From Raillietiella orientalis (taxonomy: Eukaryota), in contig JAYWIR010000024.1 in NCBI GenBank assembly GCA_036172245.1, forward strand, positions 620,001 to 684,000: 64,000 nucleotides of DNA, written 5' to 3'. Position 1 is the stretch's first letter, and every line of letters begins with the position of its first letter. The position numbers and the translations under genes are program-made. The notes below the pieces were generated by a model. It did not search any database. It saw nothing but the letters and a program-made list of their open reading frames with translations, and had not been told where the DNA came from. Below, piece by piece: positions 1 through 13,909 of the stretch.

Positions 1-1872
1 CCCCCCTTCCTCTCTGCTTGCGCTTGCGAAGACGCTGAGTGGCTCCCCACCCTCACGCAAGAAATATCTCCGTCCGAGGGAGCTACCGGTTTCGCGTTCC
101 CCTCCCTCTCTCCCTCACCCTTAGGAGGCCACCCCAGATGTCCCCTCCACGCGTCGACTGTTGCAGGACATCCTCTGCCCTCGGGGAATTCCCTCCCGAG
201 GTCTGCTCTCTCTCTTTGGGAACCCACTCACCCCGCTTCACGGAGGAGCTGCTCGCGGCACTCCTTCCGGGCGCCCAGGCCAGCCCGGAAGGGTCGCAAC
301 TCGCGGGTCCTCCCTCGCTTCCCTCTCGGACCGGGATTGTTTCCCTTACTCAGTCATATCCTTTCTCCTTCTCCCTACAGCCTCCCTCCGCGCCGATTTT
401 GAAATGGATGGAACCATTGCTCCGTTCTTTGGGTCCCGGAAGCGCTGGAGGTAGGAGCAGGAACGCCGGTATAACGAGTGACGGTGGCGCGCGCTCCGTG
501 CCTTGCGGACAAGCTCCATTCGCCTTCAACTCGCTCTTTCTGACAACATGCAGGAAGAGCGAGTTCTCCCGAGGACAACTCGCAGCTCGCGCGCTGCGGC
601 GGGTTCCGCACGTCCGCCGCACGCGGAAAAGGTGCAAGGGAGTCCCATGTTTCCTTGGACCCAGCAAAGGGAGGCGCTCCGGTGGACTCTCACAGAAATG
701 GACGCGTCGCCAATCAGGGAACTCCCCGAGTCTCCTAACAGACGGAGATGAGAAAGTTCGGACGCTTCCCGGAAGATGTCATCAATGAGCTCAAGAGGTC
801 CGCATGCCGTGCCCGGAACCGGTTCTCTGTACTCCCATCCACTCTCCTCATCCACTCACCCACCCGGAGGAGAAAACGGCGAACTTTGTGCCCTCACCCT
901 CATGACGTCAATGACGCCCTTCCACTGTCTGGAGATCCATCCCAGTAATTTTTACCCCTGCCCTCGCATCCCTTCTTCAACGCCCCGCAGCTTGCTGCTG
1001 CTAGAGGGCAGGAGGAAGGAGCGGGTGGCCGTTCTGCTCCGGGACAGAACTACCGGAAGGAGGGACTCGATCGGAAAGATCTGAGAGCGCTGGCCTCCAG
1101 GATCTTCTTTCCCGTAGCTGGGGAAATGGAGCAAGAGGGAGGAAGGAGAGGGAAGACGCAGCTACACCCCGGAAGGTGGATGTGTCATTTGGAGAAGAAG
1201 CTGATGACGAGAGAGTCGACTTTCCAGTTCGCCTCACTCCGGCGAGGGGAACCTCTGACAGCTGCTGATCTAGCGGTCGAGGGGACCACGGAGTCAAGAA
1301 GTCTGGGACAAACAGCCGGGGCTCCTTCGATCCTGCTCCCTTGACTCGTACCGAGATGAACAGGGTAGCTCGATGCACCTTTTTCGCCTCATTTACACAT
1401 TTCATCTAGCAGTCTTTCTTCCCACTTCCACTCCCGGCAGCCCGCAGTGGTCGCTCCCGCGTGAGCATGCGATGAACACGAGCACGCGTGTGACCCCAGG
1501 CGCTACTTCACAGCTAGCACGCGCGCGCATGAGCGGCTGGAGCTTCCCACTGTATGCGGTGCTCCACGGAAGGAGGAGAGCAGTGGAGCGTGGGGGATGG
1601 GTCTCCAGCGCGCAGCCGAAAGAGAAAGTGCGCATCCATGCAAGGAAGAAAACCCCGAAAGCAAGATGTGAGGTTTTCTCCGTTCAATCTGCATACGCAG
1701 ACTTCTCCCTGGACTCCGCCCCAGGTGTGTCTCTGCAAACGAGCTACTTCGTTCCTCGCCGGCCAACGTCTGTTTTTTTTTTTCTTTTTCTTTCCCTTCT
1801 ATTTCTGGCCGGCGATTTCAACACCAAGGTCAGCAGACGGCCCGTCGCCGTGTCGCAAGCAGCATCCTCCAT

Positions 1873-1890
1873 ACACACACACACACACAC
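1873..1890. repeat. (AC)n microsatellite
   Basis: Seen directly. Confidence 0.9.
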
Positions 1891-4800
1891 ATACGTGCAC
1901 ACGGTTCCACTATCTGAATAAGGAGCAACCAGACGGCGAACCTTCACAAGTGCTCAAGAGGCGAAGGAGACGAGACTTCTACCCTGGTACTAAGGATATC
2001 AAGGGAGTCCTGGTTGGTCGAACGAAATTCCTGCTGTGAATCAGCAGGACGCTCCCCACAACGAATTGAGGTTCCACGCCGCCCCGGAAGCTGGTCTTGG
2101 GACGAAATTCCCGATCCTCGCCCTGCTCTCTTCTCCCGTCGATGGGTTGGAGGGAGGCAGCGACGGGAAAACATAACATGAGAGAAGACACCTCCTCTCC
2201 CTGCCTCCCAAAACTTGTTCGGAGAGGCTATCCCAAGAAGCGAACGATGAAAGGAAAGTACGTTCCTTGAACGAGGAGGCAGGGAGCAACAAGCTCTGCT
2301 TGCTGGAGGGGAGAGAGGGGGGTGGGGAAGTTCCGTGGAAACGTTCGCCGGAAGACATGCACGCACTCGTTCCCGCTTGCACTTGGAGGATGTAGTGCAT
2401 TGCCTAGAGAACCTCCATTCGGCCCTGATTCCAAACATGAGGGAAAGGGAACGATCCCACCACATATAACACTCTCTGCCGCTTCTCGGCCTTTTGGCTA
2501 AGATCAAAGTGTACTCTGAACACTCTCTGAACGCTGTTTTCGATTTGTCCCTCTCCCCTCCTTACCCGAGCAGCAAAACCACTTCCTTTCTCATCCGATT
2601 TATTAAAACCTGCCAAGTAAATGAATTCGTCGTGTCGCAACATCGAGCCCGTCTATAAGGCAAAAGTAATTGGCCCTTGCAAAACGAAGGTGGTTTTTCC
2701 AACGGGATTGCAAGAAAGCTTCCTGTGAAAACCTCCTCCCTTCACAATCACCGAGGAGCACAATGACTATTTTTATCTCGTTGCCAAGAGCAGCCCTGTT
2801 ATGGTCGCAGGTACGCGCCGCCATGCTCGCGCGAGGCATTGTTGATCGTTTAATTAATTCGCAATTTCTGCCGATCGCGCGGTCGCGTCGTGATCACGTG
2901 TTTATCGATTCTTCCCCTCCCCCTCCCCCCCCTCCCGTTTCCTGCGATCCGAGAGGCGCGCGCGCGTGGCGCTTTCGAAAGTTCGTGGCGTTTCGCAATG
3001 GCGCCGATTTGTCGAAAACGAGAAAAGCGAGCTGGCGCGAAAAGCAAACATCGAACTGCAATGGAAATTGTGAAACGATAGGCGAAGCAGAGGTGTCATC
3101 TCCCTGCGTGGTGGGGGGGGAGGAGGGGGGAGGTTGGACATGGCGATCAGAGGAGAGAGAAAAGAAGCATCGACATCAAACTTTGAACGGTTAGTGCTGC
3201 TGTCAGCGCGTTAGGAAAAGTCATTAGTGTCATCAGTGTGCTCATCCCTGACACGAGAAGCAAAGTTGTTCCACCTGATGCCGTTTTCCAGTCTGGAGGG
3301 GGGGGGGGGGAGACAGAGGCTGACGGAAGCAAGACGAAACGAGAAGATGAAAAAGGTTTATCAAAATTTAGGACCGAAGGAAGTCCCAAAGGAGGAGGAA
3401 TCGGACGTACAGAGAAATTGAAATGTCCGGTCGCAGCTCTACTTAAGAAGGAGAAGAAGAAGAAGAAAAAAAAAACGAAGATGGGAATCATTGTAAGACT
3501 GCAATTAAGTTTGAATCCAGCTTCCCCTCGTCAGCTGTAAGTCGCAATTGTGGTTTATTAACAGGTATTCGATCAAGTTTTTTTTTCTTTTTTTTGCCTC
3601 CGGATCGTGACTTATGGCGGACGCATTCCTCGAGGTTCACACGGAAATACGCGTTTCCCTGCCGTTCTCCTGGCCCGTCTGATGCGCCTTTCATGGGAAA
3701 GGAAAACGGCTCGTGTGATGCCCGCAATGCGGTCAGATCCGACAAGTGCTTCGGTCTTGGCCACGGGCCGAGTTCGGGAATCGAATGCGTGCAGCGTGCT
3801 CAGCCGGAAGACGGCACACCTGCAGGCGAACGTGAAGAAGCCGAGGAGCATGGTGAAGGGGAGCTGGAACCACAGGACTCGAAATCCCTCCGAACAGATA
3901 GATCGCCATGCTCGCGTGCACGTGTGCAGGGAGGTATTTATAGGTACCTCGAGGGAAAACACATCCTCGGGAAAAAGAAAAACAAAAGATAGAAATGGAT
4001 ATGCGTGAGTAGGCTCAAGTGCTCACGTGCGTGGAGTCCACCGGCATGGCTCTACTCTCTGCTACCTCGCCTCTTCCTTTGCCAACGACGACACGCGTTC
4101 CAATAATCACGTGAAGCTGAGATCCCAGGAAGAAAGGAGCTTTTGACAGCAAGTTTGGATTGAGAGGAGGAGAAAGGCTGGGCAAGGAAGGGTCGGGCAG
4201 TCCAGAGACGGGGTGGGGATAGCGGCGAGGCAACTTGGCGGTCGCGCTGACGAGGGCACCAGTGCGACGGCGGCGACTGCAATGCGGAAGGAACTGTGCA
4301 CATCCATCTCCCGTCGGACGAGGGAGGGGACCCGTGACAGACACCCTCACCAGGGAGGTGTTGGCTCATGGTAGGAGCCCTCGGCGACGGAACTGGCGGA
4401 GAGGAGCACTGCGGAGAGATCGCAGACGTCAGCAGCGGCCCCAGCACCAGCCCTCTCCGTGGCCACGAAACCGTGCGTTTCGCTTCGTTCATTCGCGTTT
4501 TGCAGGGCCGATGGACGTGGCAGACAGAGCACCTTCTTCTTCGTCCGGCCCTGCCCCCTCCAGCGAGAGGTTCCCCTGCTGGCGGCGCAGTCCTGGAACA
4601 GCCGTTTGGGGTGACCTTCTCTCCCTCGTTTCCCGTTCCTTCAGAGGGGGGAGAGGAAGGGAGGAACCTTAGGGAGATGGATGGTATCCAGGAAAGGGAT
4701 GCAGCTTCATTCCAGGATGCCACCGGCCCGCTTTCTTCGCCTTCTCCTCCAGTTCTGGATCATCGACTTCTCTTTCGTGGCCATCGCGCGGCATACGCTC

Positions 4801-7271
4801 TCTCGCCTCAGCTTACGACTTTGTCAAGGATCGAAGGGGGCCGAGGTGCTACCACCCGCCCATCCTTCCCCGGGCTTCTGTGAGGCGTCCGAACGTCGCT
4901 GCTTCTACCGCCGCCTCACACGCTTGCAGGGATGCCTTCCGAGTTGTTGCTGTTGTCGCTCTCCCGCCTTTTTGGGAAAGGTGAGACTCTACCCCGGCTC
5001 ATTTCCACTTGTCCGTCATCTCTTCCCGGATCTTCATCCCCACGGACGGACGCACCCGACCATGCGACTCGGTTGGCCAGCTTCCCCCTTCGGGCTCGAT
5101 CGCGATTGGCTCCACCGGTGCCGCCGCGAGCGCGCACCGCCTCTCCTGGAAGCATCAAATCGGGAACTGTTGGTGGAGGAGGAGGACGCCACGGACAGCG
5201 GTCCCGCATCTTTCTCCCTCTGGATTCCCGGATCCCGGTCCCGCCTAGGAGGCGAGAAGTCGCTCCCGTCCCTTGCCCCCTCCCCTCCATGGGCACGTGG
5301 AGGAGGGCGAACGTCCCTGCACTCTCGCCGATAGGAGCAGCGGGGAGGGGAACGGGACGTGCCCTAGTCCTTTGACTGTTCCTCTCCTTCTGCTCCTCCT
5401 ACAAGAGAGTGGGATGGGCGGGTGGGTGTCTTCACGGCAACCAATTCCTCGCGGGGACGGCGGCTTCCCGGAAACATCCTCCCCCTCACCTTGCTTGTCT
5501 TGAATACCTCGCGCTTTCCGAGACGGCGCCGCTGGCGTCCACTGGCAGGGGAACGATGGGGAGGTCGCTCCTCCGCGGGCGCTCTCACGAGGAGGGCAGC
5601 AGCATAGCACCTCCCTTCCACCTCACCTCGCCGGACCTCCAGGCGACATCCATTCTCTCCCCCCCCCTCCCCGTTCGCACGCTCCCTCTCTGCGCCCCAC
5701 ATCTGGCCTGTGAGACTACTATGAGGAGCAAAGGGCAATCCGCTGCCCGGACCAGAGCCCGTCGCCTGAGGGCCGACGGGTAGTGCGGGCCCTGGATCGG
5801 TCGGCTCCCCGCCTCATCTTCGCCAAGAACCGCCGTGTCATCCCAGCAACGCGTGCTCTTGAGGCCTCTGATTGCTGCTGCTTCCAGCGGATGCCATGAA
5901 ACAGTACTGGCGGTTTCCTAGGCCCTCTCCTTGTGATTTCCCGAAAAGGAACGCTACGGCGCAGCAGCAGTCCTACCCAAGCTCCCTTTTATTGCACCAC
6001 GAACGATGTGCTTTCAAGTGCAGGCGCGCATCCGAAGGCAGCCTCCAGCAGCAAAAAACTCGATGGCGTGCGCACTTTTCTTCCTTCCTTTCCTTTCCCT
6101 CTCCCCACTTTGGTCTCCCCCTTCTCATCCTCCCGCTTGCTGCAACGGACCGGATAATGGTGAACTGACCAGTGCGCTGAAAGAGCCTTCTGAGAAGGGA
6201 AGATGGCGTCTCAGGTCCTGCCTCGAAAGAGTGACCGCCACTTGCCTCTTCCACAGGCAGCGGCAGTGTCAGGAAGGACGCCTGGACTTGCTTCGGGAGG
6301 TGGTTCTTCACTTTTGAATTGATCGCCTGTGGATCCTTGCAGCATAGCAGAACAAAAGTCCTTCACTGATCTCTGTTTTCATTACGAAGTCCGAGCTTCC
6401 TTATTGATCGTTGTTTAGCCAGGAAGTTGGGAGCATGGATCGTGGACGCTGCTCTATGGAAGGATGCTTTCTGAGTCTCTGAAGGTTGCGAGGTGACGAA
6501 CGCGGCGTTTGCCTCCCTCACCCCCTGTTAGCCCTGTGTTGGATATGTATCTATTCAAGTTCTTCCTACGATACTGCTACATTTGCATGTGATTACGTAT
6601 CGATTCATTATGCATCACGTGATCTACTCTTGCATGATGCTGTTTTGCGAGACGATGCTGTTGCCGAGATGAGGTCTTCGAATTGCGTGGACTGAAGGTC
6701 GTGGCCCCGGAGTGCTCAAGCGGCCGGGAGTCCGCGGATGCCGACAGCGGACTTCGGGCCGCTTGAGCGCTCCCCTCCTCCCCCTAAGGAGGAGGACGGC
6801 GAGGGTTCTCGATGCGCCTCCGGGAAGTCGCGTGGAGGGAGAGGAGCAGCCACCTGACTTCCGACCCTGACCCCGTCAGCCGAGCGACCTCCTTCGGTCC
6901 TGTGGGGGCGGCGAGGAGATGCCTCCCGGGTGGCTTCGCGGCCGGAGAAAGGCAGGAAGAGGGGGAGGGAGTGATGAGTCGCTCGACGCTGCCCGGTCTT
7001 CCCTTTCCCCAGACAGTCACCACGCCCCTTTCTCTTTCTGTTCCCCTCCCAAGAAGCAGCGGGGCCGCATGGCCCCCGTGCCCCTGCTCGCGTTCCTCTG
7101 CTTCCTTCTCGCGAGCCGTGACAGCCCTTCTTCGCCTCGCGGGGGCAGCACCGGGACGGGTCATCCCTCCCGTCCGGGTCACAACGGCCCGCGGGAGGGA
7201 GAATACGGAACTCCTTCTCGAAGAGGTCCGTGCCCCTCCCCACGACGAACCCATTTCTTGGTGTCGACCTT

Positions 7272-7347
7272 CCCCCGGGGCGGGATTCGAACCCGCGACT
7301 CCTGGTGCATCCACGCGCGGGGTCCACAGCCACGCGGCTACGAGGCC
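7272..7347 (-). mobile_element. tRNA-derived SINE head or tRNA pseudogene
   Basis: A-box-like TAGCCGCGTGG and B-box GGTTCGAATCCC in a perfect T-arm (GCGGG-TTCGAAT-CCCGC). Acceptor and anticodon stems do not pair properly. Confidence 0.65.
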
Positions 7348-10300
7348 GGCTGGACCGTCCGTGAGGCCGTCAACCCGAGCGGGTTTATGAGGAGGAGGAG
7401 GGAGATTCGTTCCCTGTTGCTGATTGGCGCCATCCACTGGCAGGTCAGACCCGGTAGGTGCTCCTCTCGCTGCCAAGTCGTCGTCGTCGATGGTCGATCA
7501 CTCTGGTCAATGGCCTACGTCCCGGGTGGCTGCATCAGCACTACGGCGGATGCGCGGAAGTAGGGGGCACACGGTGGCGATGGCAGTAGACGGCACACCT
7601 GCCTTCCTCTCCTCCCTCCCTACGGGTCGGCTAGTCTCGTGGATGCGGATCCCGGGCGACCTCCACGCGGGACAACCGGGCGCTGCGTGGATATTCCGGT
7701 GGACTCAGCAGCTGCTGCAGAGGAAAGCCCCACGCCCTTCCGTGGGTCTTCAACCCCGGCGCGCGCGTGTCACGTGTTTGCTACCCGCGAAGTCGACGCG
7801 CCGGCCGCACGGAGAGCCGCGCCCTCGCAGCATCCGCGGCGTCCGCCTTTTTTTTGCACGGCCGTGCCTCGGAGAGAAAGCGAAACCGGGTTCAGCGTTT
7901 CGGCCCGATTTTTAGGGCGATATCGGAAAACCACGCGACCCCTATTTTGGGAAACCACGAGAAAGAAATCGTTTCTCTCTTCCTCCCCTTTTCTTGCCCT
8001 CCCTCCACGCAGGCTCGAGTAGGGGGGAACAGGTTTTTTGGTCGCGAGCGATTATAAGCAGATCATGCATTTTATAGCCTAATCATCGGGAAAAAAGGTC
8101 GCCTCGTGATGGGACCAACACGGTAATTTACGAATGCCCTAAACGTACACAATTGGATGCGTTCACATCCGTTTGGTGCAAGGCCACAGGAGATTATGTG
8201 CCTTACCCCTCCCCCTCCCCCCTCTTCCCCTCCCTTTCCCGCACACCTTTGAAAGCGCGGCTGCGCCTCGCAGGACGCCGTGGTCTTCCAGGGCACGTTC
8301 AAGGAAAAGGGCCAGCCAGGGAAGATGGAACGACGGTCAGGGCAGCTTTCTTCCACGAGAGCGTGCTCGCTCCGCACTGCCCGTCTCCAGTCCCCCGCTT
8401 CGCTGCTAAGCAACCGGACCCGCTTGGTCCGCAGGGACACCTGTGCGCTCGCGCGCGCGGCAACGCAATAATAGCCTCCTCATTGTTGCGGCCGTTGGTC
8501 CTCCGCCGGGTCGTCGAAGAGGAGCGGAGGAGGGGGAGGAGATGCGTTCGTTCCGACAGCGCATTCCCGCGCTGCTCTGTGGTTCCTTCCCGAGGCGGAC
8601 AACTCCTTTTTCAGGGACTCCTTGATGGCAGCCAGCTCAGCGTTCGACAGGAAGACGACTCCTTCTCGGGAATGAACTCGCCGAGCCCCAGTAGCTGGCT
8701 GAGAATCACCGGCGACTGGCGGGGTCGCCTTCCTCCGAAAACGGGGGGTATTCTGCCTGGGGTGGGGGTGGGGGGTGAGGGGGAGGAACAGGAGAAAATT
8801 CGGCTGCCGAAATTTGGTGTGACGCTGCCTCCTCCTCCTCCTCCCGCCCTTTCGAGGGCTAAAGCACGAGGGATGAAGGCCTCCTTTCTTGGAATCTTCC
8901 ACCTTCACAGGCGTGGGCGAAGAAACAGAGTCTCTCTTAGGGGGATGGGAAACTTTCCACTTCCGAGGAATCTCGAAAGCTGGGAACGGATGCAAGAGGA
9001 AGTTTCCCCGGGGGCTTGCCACTTCCGAGAGCGAGCTCCCGCGTGTAGGCGGAAACAGAGAACGAAGGTAGTTGCAGAAATCGCCGTGAAGCATCCCACG
9101 GTTCCCCTGCAGCACGCCCTCACTTCCCTCCCTTTCGATCCCTCTCCGCTACCTTCAGGAGAAGAGTCGGTTGTCCCTCGCTGTTGCTTGGAGAAACCAG
9201 CCCCCTCCAAGGGACACTCCACACCACTCCGCCTCGGTGACGGAGCGGTGTGGGGACCGGACCCCTCTCTGTTCTCTCGGGGAAAGAGTCCAAGCAGCAG
9301 CGACTGCTTCCGGATCAGGACTTACCTGCTGCTTTGCAATTCCACTCTCCCGGGGGAAGTTTAAAAAGCTCTGGCGACAGGAAGCAGAAAAGTTGAAGGC
9401 AACGGAATCTTGGCGGAGGCTGCGGACGGTTGCCGCGGATTTACGCTCCCGAGTCTCAGTCGTGTGGTTCCAGAGGCAGAGAGAGAAGACACCCGCATTT
9501 CAGCCAGCAGTCCCTAGAATGGTTTCTTTGCCCTTCCTTCCTCCCGCAGACCCGTAGGAACCCTTTCGCCCGGCGGCGTTTCCCGGGAGCGCGGCACGGA
9601 TCCGCAGTTGACCAAAGCACGTGAGCCAACCCGAGCGCTCGCGTTGCAGCCGGGCAGGGTGCGTGCGAAATAGGAGAAGCCTGGCAATCGCGTGCTGGGA
9701 GCGCCGAGGGTGCGCACGACTTGCGCAGCGTGCGTCCGTTGCGTGGGGGGGGGGGGGGGGCAGGGGGGAGGGGGGTGCTGCTGCCGCGAGGGAAAGCAGA
9801 ATTTCGCCAAGTCTTTGCGCTGTTGCATGGCAGCCGCCCGATGCGGCAACAACGGGGTGGCCCACTCCCTCGCAGGTTTTCTTTTCGTTTGCTTCGACGC
9901 GGCAGCTGCAACAGACGATGCTCCGCGCTCCAGAGAGACGGACGATCCGTTGCCGTTCGCGCAGTCGGCCGGGGCGCTTCTTCGAGCACTGGGCGTCACT
10001 CGAACGGCGGCAGCAGTCAAAAAGCAAAAGGACAAGGCGACACAAAAGGAAAATTTGGGGAAGGAGATGCTTTGCGGCGATTCCTCCAGAGTGCTCTGCT
10101 TCACGGCAGGGAAATGAGAAAAATCCCAGCTTGCAGCAGGCAACTGGACGATCTGCGGTACGGAAGCGCTTGCTTGGTGGACGTATGGAGGTGGGGGTAG
10201 AACAAGGAGTCTCGTCAACCTCTACCCCTGGCCACGGCGTGTTTGCAAGCGTTTTTTTTTTTTTGTTGTTTTGATTCGTATATCTTTTTTTTCTTCTTTT

Positions 10301-12776
10301 TTTCCTGTTTACCCTGTGCTGCCGTCCGGTCGACCAGCTGCGCGTCATCCAGCGAGCGTCGCTGCGTCGTGGCCGCGGTGACCGCCTCGATGACTCAGAG
10401 ACGGCGGCGACGAGGCCGACGGAGAGGAACTGCAAATCCCCCCCCCCTCCTCCCTGCGGGCGCTCCTTGAGTAAGGCAAAGGATCCCGCGTGCGCGCTCC
10501 ATTCGCTGCCGCTGCTGTGTGCTTTCACAGAGCCGGGAAACCGGCACCACCACCGCTGTGGGGTCGATGCGGATCCTCGGACCAGGAAGAGACGCGCAGT
10601 TGTCCAGACCTCCTTTTTCCTCTGGGAAAGCTCTCTCGTCTCTTGCACTGCTGGAGGGAGCAGGAGCAGCGAGTCTCGAAGAAGAGGGCCACCATCTGTC
10701 CTGAGCTTCCCCCTGATCTTTCCGCAGTGAGAGAACGCCCAAGCTTTCCAGGATTTCGAAAGGGATGCGCGCGACGGACACCGCGCACGAAGCACGTGGA
10801 GCCCTCACGGAGATGCGCAGTCGACTAAACTGCCCTCGAAAGGAGAGCGGGGGAGGTGGGGGCGGAGAGAAAGGGAGAGAGCGACCGCCCTCGGAGTGGT
10901 AACGTCACGGTAGCGGAAGGGAGAGCTTTCCGACTCCCAGAGCCCCTTCCTTTCCCGGAGAGAGCGCTGTTTGAGTAGCCAGATCCCTCAGGCAGTTGCC
11001 GAGAGGGTTCCTCATCTCGGCAACTGCCCCTCATCGCAGAGCACCCTTCCTCTTCCCGGAGCGGGAAGCAGCGCGCGGCTCGTTAGGAGAGGCGGACTCC
11101 TTCTGAGAACGCAGGCTCGACCGGAACGGATCCATATGCGCCCTCCTTTCCCACTATCCGTTCATCCTCCCCTTAATTTGGGACCCATGTTTTTCCGCCA
11201 CCCGCTCGAGACTTCCTGTTCTGGCGCTCTCTTTCCTCTCTTGCTTCCTCACCGTCCGGGGCTGTGGCCCTGGCGGAATGTCCTGCACAGAGTGGGCGTC
11301 GTGATCTCGATTGGGTTTATCCCTTCCAGGACCGTGCCACAGCCGCCCTGCAAGTGTCACGAACATAGAGCGGGCGGGTACCTCTGCACTTCTTGGAAAG
11401 TGGTTGCATACAGCCCAAGTTTTACGGTTTTTTTTTCTCGAAGGCGGGGAGAGTCCGATGCCATCCGTGCCTCTTCCCTAGCGCTATATCAGATTTTCGC
11501 CAAGGACTTTCCTGCAAGACAAGCCCCACCACAGGGAAAACAACAGCGTGGTTCTGCCCAAAGATGAACTTTTGGTGCTCCCAGCCGTCGCTAGATGTCA
11601 CCGAAAAATGACTTTCTCCCTCCCCTCCCTCCCGCTTCCAGCGCACGGAGGACGCAGAATGAGGGACAGCGGCACCACGGCTCGTTCGCTAGAGCGTGGC
11701 GGCACTCGCGCGCAGCGTATGTGCACTGGCCAGAGCGGAGAAACAAACGCCACGTGGGAAGTGATGTTTCGCGCCTCCGGCTACGACTGCCAGCCGAAAC
11801 GAGGAAAGGCAGCAGACAGGAAGCGCCATCTGCGAGAACCCACACGGCCGATTCGCAACAAAAACAATGGGAAGCGCTTCGCATCCCGGAAGGGGGCGTC
11901 GTCCCTGAACTCTCTCTCTCCTACCCATTCTCTCCCCCTTTCGTAGTCGCTCCTTCTGCATCAGCGAGGGCAGACGGCGTTTCTCCTTCCGCCTGCCTTC
12001 CTCTCAGGTGAGCCCCGCGAGCATCTGGGGAGGCAAAAATTCTCTGGAACCCTGTTGTGGGTCTACATTCTTTTCCGGAGCGGCCGACGGGAGTAACCGG
12101 GGGGGATGACTCGAATTCGTGAAGGTGATGAGCGGGAGTCAAAAACTCTCGAGGACGTCTTCGCGCTCAGGCGAACGAACGAAAGGGGAAGAGAAAAAAC
12201 CTCCTCCCATTGCTTCCCGCTGGAGTCCCAGAAGGCTCCCCGGTTTTCGGCACGCCCGACAGCCCTTTCTACGCGCAGGGGGAGTTCAGCCCTGCCTTGC
12301 CGAGTGCCCATGACCTGTCTTCCAGGAAGAGAACAGGAGCTCGGTGAGCACCAGTCCTGGTAGCGCGACCAGGAACCGCCGTCAGCTTCCCTCCTTCCGT
12401 GACCAGCTCCCGTCTTACCCATGGCATCCACCCCCACGGAAGGCGACGACTACAGCAGGTACCCGTGAGCACAGACAGGAAAACTGCGTGACGTTGAAGA
12501 GCTCCCACGCCCTGGAGCACGAGGGTGGGGAGGAGGAGAGGGTGTGTAGGGGAGGGAGGGCCGTGAGCCTCAAGGGCGCCAGTCCTCCCCACAGGAAACC
12601 ACGCACCGCCGAAGCCAACTGACGCGCTGCATGCAGGACAGAAGGGAGGTCCGCAGAAAGCGGGCGTCGTCCTCCCCGGGGAAGCGGAGCGGGTCGCGCC
12701 TGTATCCCGGAGCGGCGAGGCGGATCGACCTGATCCCCGCCCCGCAAAGAGGTACAGCAAGGAAAATCTCACTCCG

Positions 12777-12782
12777 TTTATT
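12777..12782 (-). terminator. Candidate poly(A) signal AATAAA for Drak
   Basis: AATAAA about 130 nt after the stop codon, in a small AT-rich patch within GC-rich sequence. Confidence 0.55.
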
Positions 12783-12912
12783 CATAAATTAGAAGTCCTT
12801 TCCCGGGAAGGAAGGCGAGGCGTGGGCGGTGGACAGGAGGCACGGCCACGTCACCTACTCCTCGATCACAGACATGAGGGACAAACAACAAGGGAGAGGA
12901 GGAGAGGGGTCT

Positions 12913-13909
12913 TCACCGGGAGGCGCCGTGCGCCTCAGGGAAGAGGGGTGCGGGCGGTGGCCTCGACTTCTCCGTGGAGAACTTAGTGGTCAACAGTTTC
13001 ACGCGGGGGGTCCTCCTCCCCACGTGGCATGGATCTGCGTCCCCGTCGCGAGGTCCACGGGGCCGTGCAGGCTGCTCGGAGCGAAGCTTCAGGAGCTCGA
13101 TGGAGGCGCTGATCAGGGCACCGCGTGCCCCCCACCGGCGAGAGGAGGCGGAGGAGGAGGAGGGAGACGGAGAGGTTGCGCTCTCCTCCACGGCAGACGC
13201 GACTGGATGGGAGACGATGGCACCGCAGTTCCGGAGGTCGGCGTCGGACTTGCTTCGCGAGCAGCCAGGCCGCAGGCGGTCTTGCGCGCGGGCGACCGCT
13301 CCCGCGCACAGCCGCTCCCAGGGTTTCCTGGCCGACTCCCCTCCTCTGGGTTGCTCCGAGCTGCTGCCCCCACATCCGCGGCGGGAGGGCACGAGGAACT
13401 TGTCCAGGAGGCGGTCGCAGACGGATCTCCGCGAAGGACAGGAATCAGCGGTGGCAGGCATGCGGCGCGGGAGGCCGCAGTAGCCGAGCTGTTCCTCGAG
13501 CATCTCCTCCAAGGAGAAGAGGCTGGACGACTCGTCCGTCGCCGTGTCCGAACCATAACCTCCGCTGAAGTCGCTCAGCATACAGCTGAAGACACCGCTG
13601 GACCGGTCGCTGCTTCCGGACTCGCTCAGCTTGAAGAAGAGATCCAGTCCACTGCTGCTGCGGGCGGAGAGGTCCGCCCTCCCGTCGCTCACGCCATCGT
13701 CGTCGTAGGAGAGGTCACGCGCCGTGTCACAAGGGTCGGCATCGCCGGGAGAAGGCGTCGCCGGAACGTTTGTGTTGTTTGCGACGCAGCCGTTGTTGCT
13801 GCTACTGCTGCTGCTGTCACCATCTACCTTTTCCTCGAGAGTTTCGTGACAAGAAGGTGCCGAGGCCAGCCATGAATGCTCCAGGCACTCGTGCACTCCG
13901 GGTCGGTTC
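12913..13909 (-). CDS. Drak: Drak last exon (end of kinase domain plus Ser-rich tail)
   Basis: NRPGVHECLEHSWL, then a low-complexity tail to TGA at 12915-12913; same frame as ORF 12913..14238. Confidence 0.85.

Noticed and set aside
39..1350. Chain of plus-strand AG/GT-bounded segments including APFFGSRKR (neuropeptide-like)
   Set aside because: Phases become inconsistent or hit a stop, there is no amidation Gly or signal peptide, and no homology is recognisable.
7272..7347. Functional tRNA gene
   Set aside because: Only the T-arm pairs well.
8153..10795. Long ORFs of 403 and 431 aa
   Set aside because: Arg/Pro/Gly/Ser-rich, run through homopolymers, no domains; expected in GC-rich DNA.
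12829..13875. 348-aa plus-strand ORF
   Set aside because: Antisense shadow of the Drak last exon.
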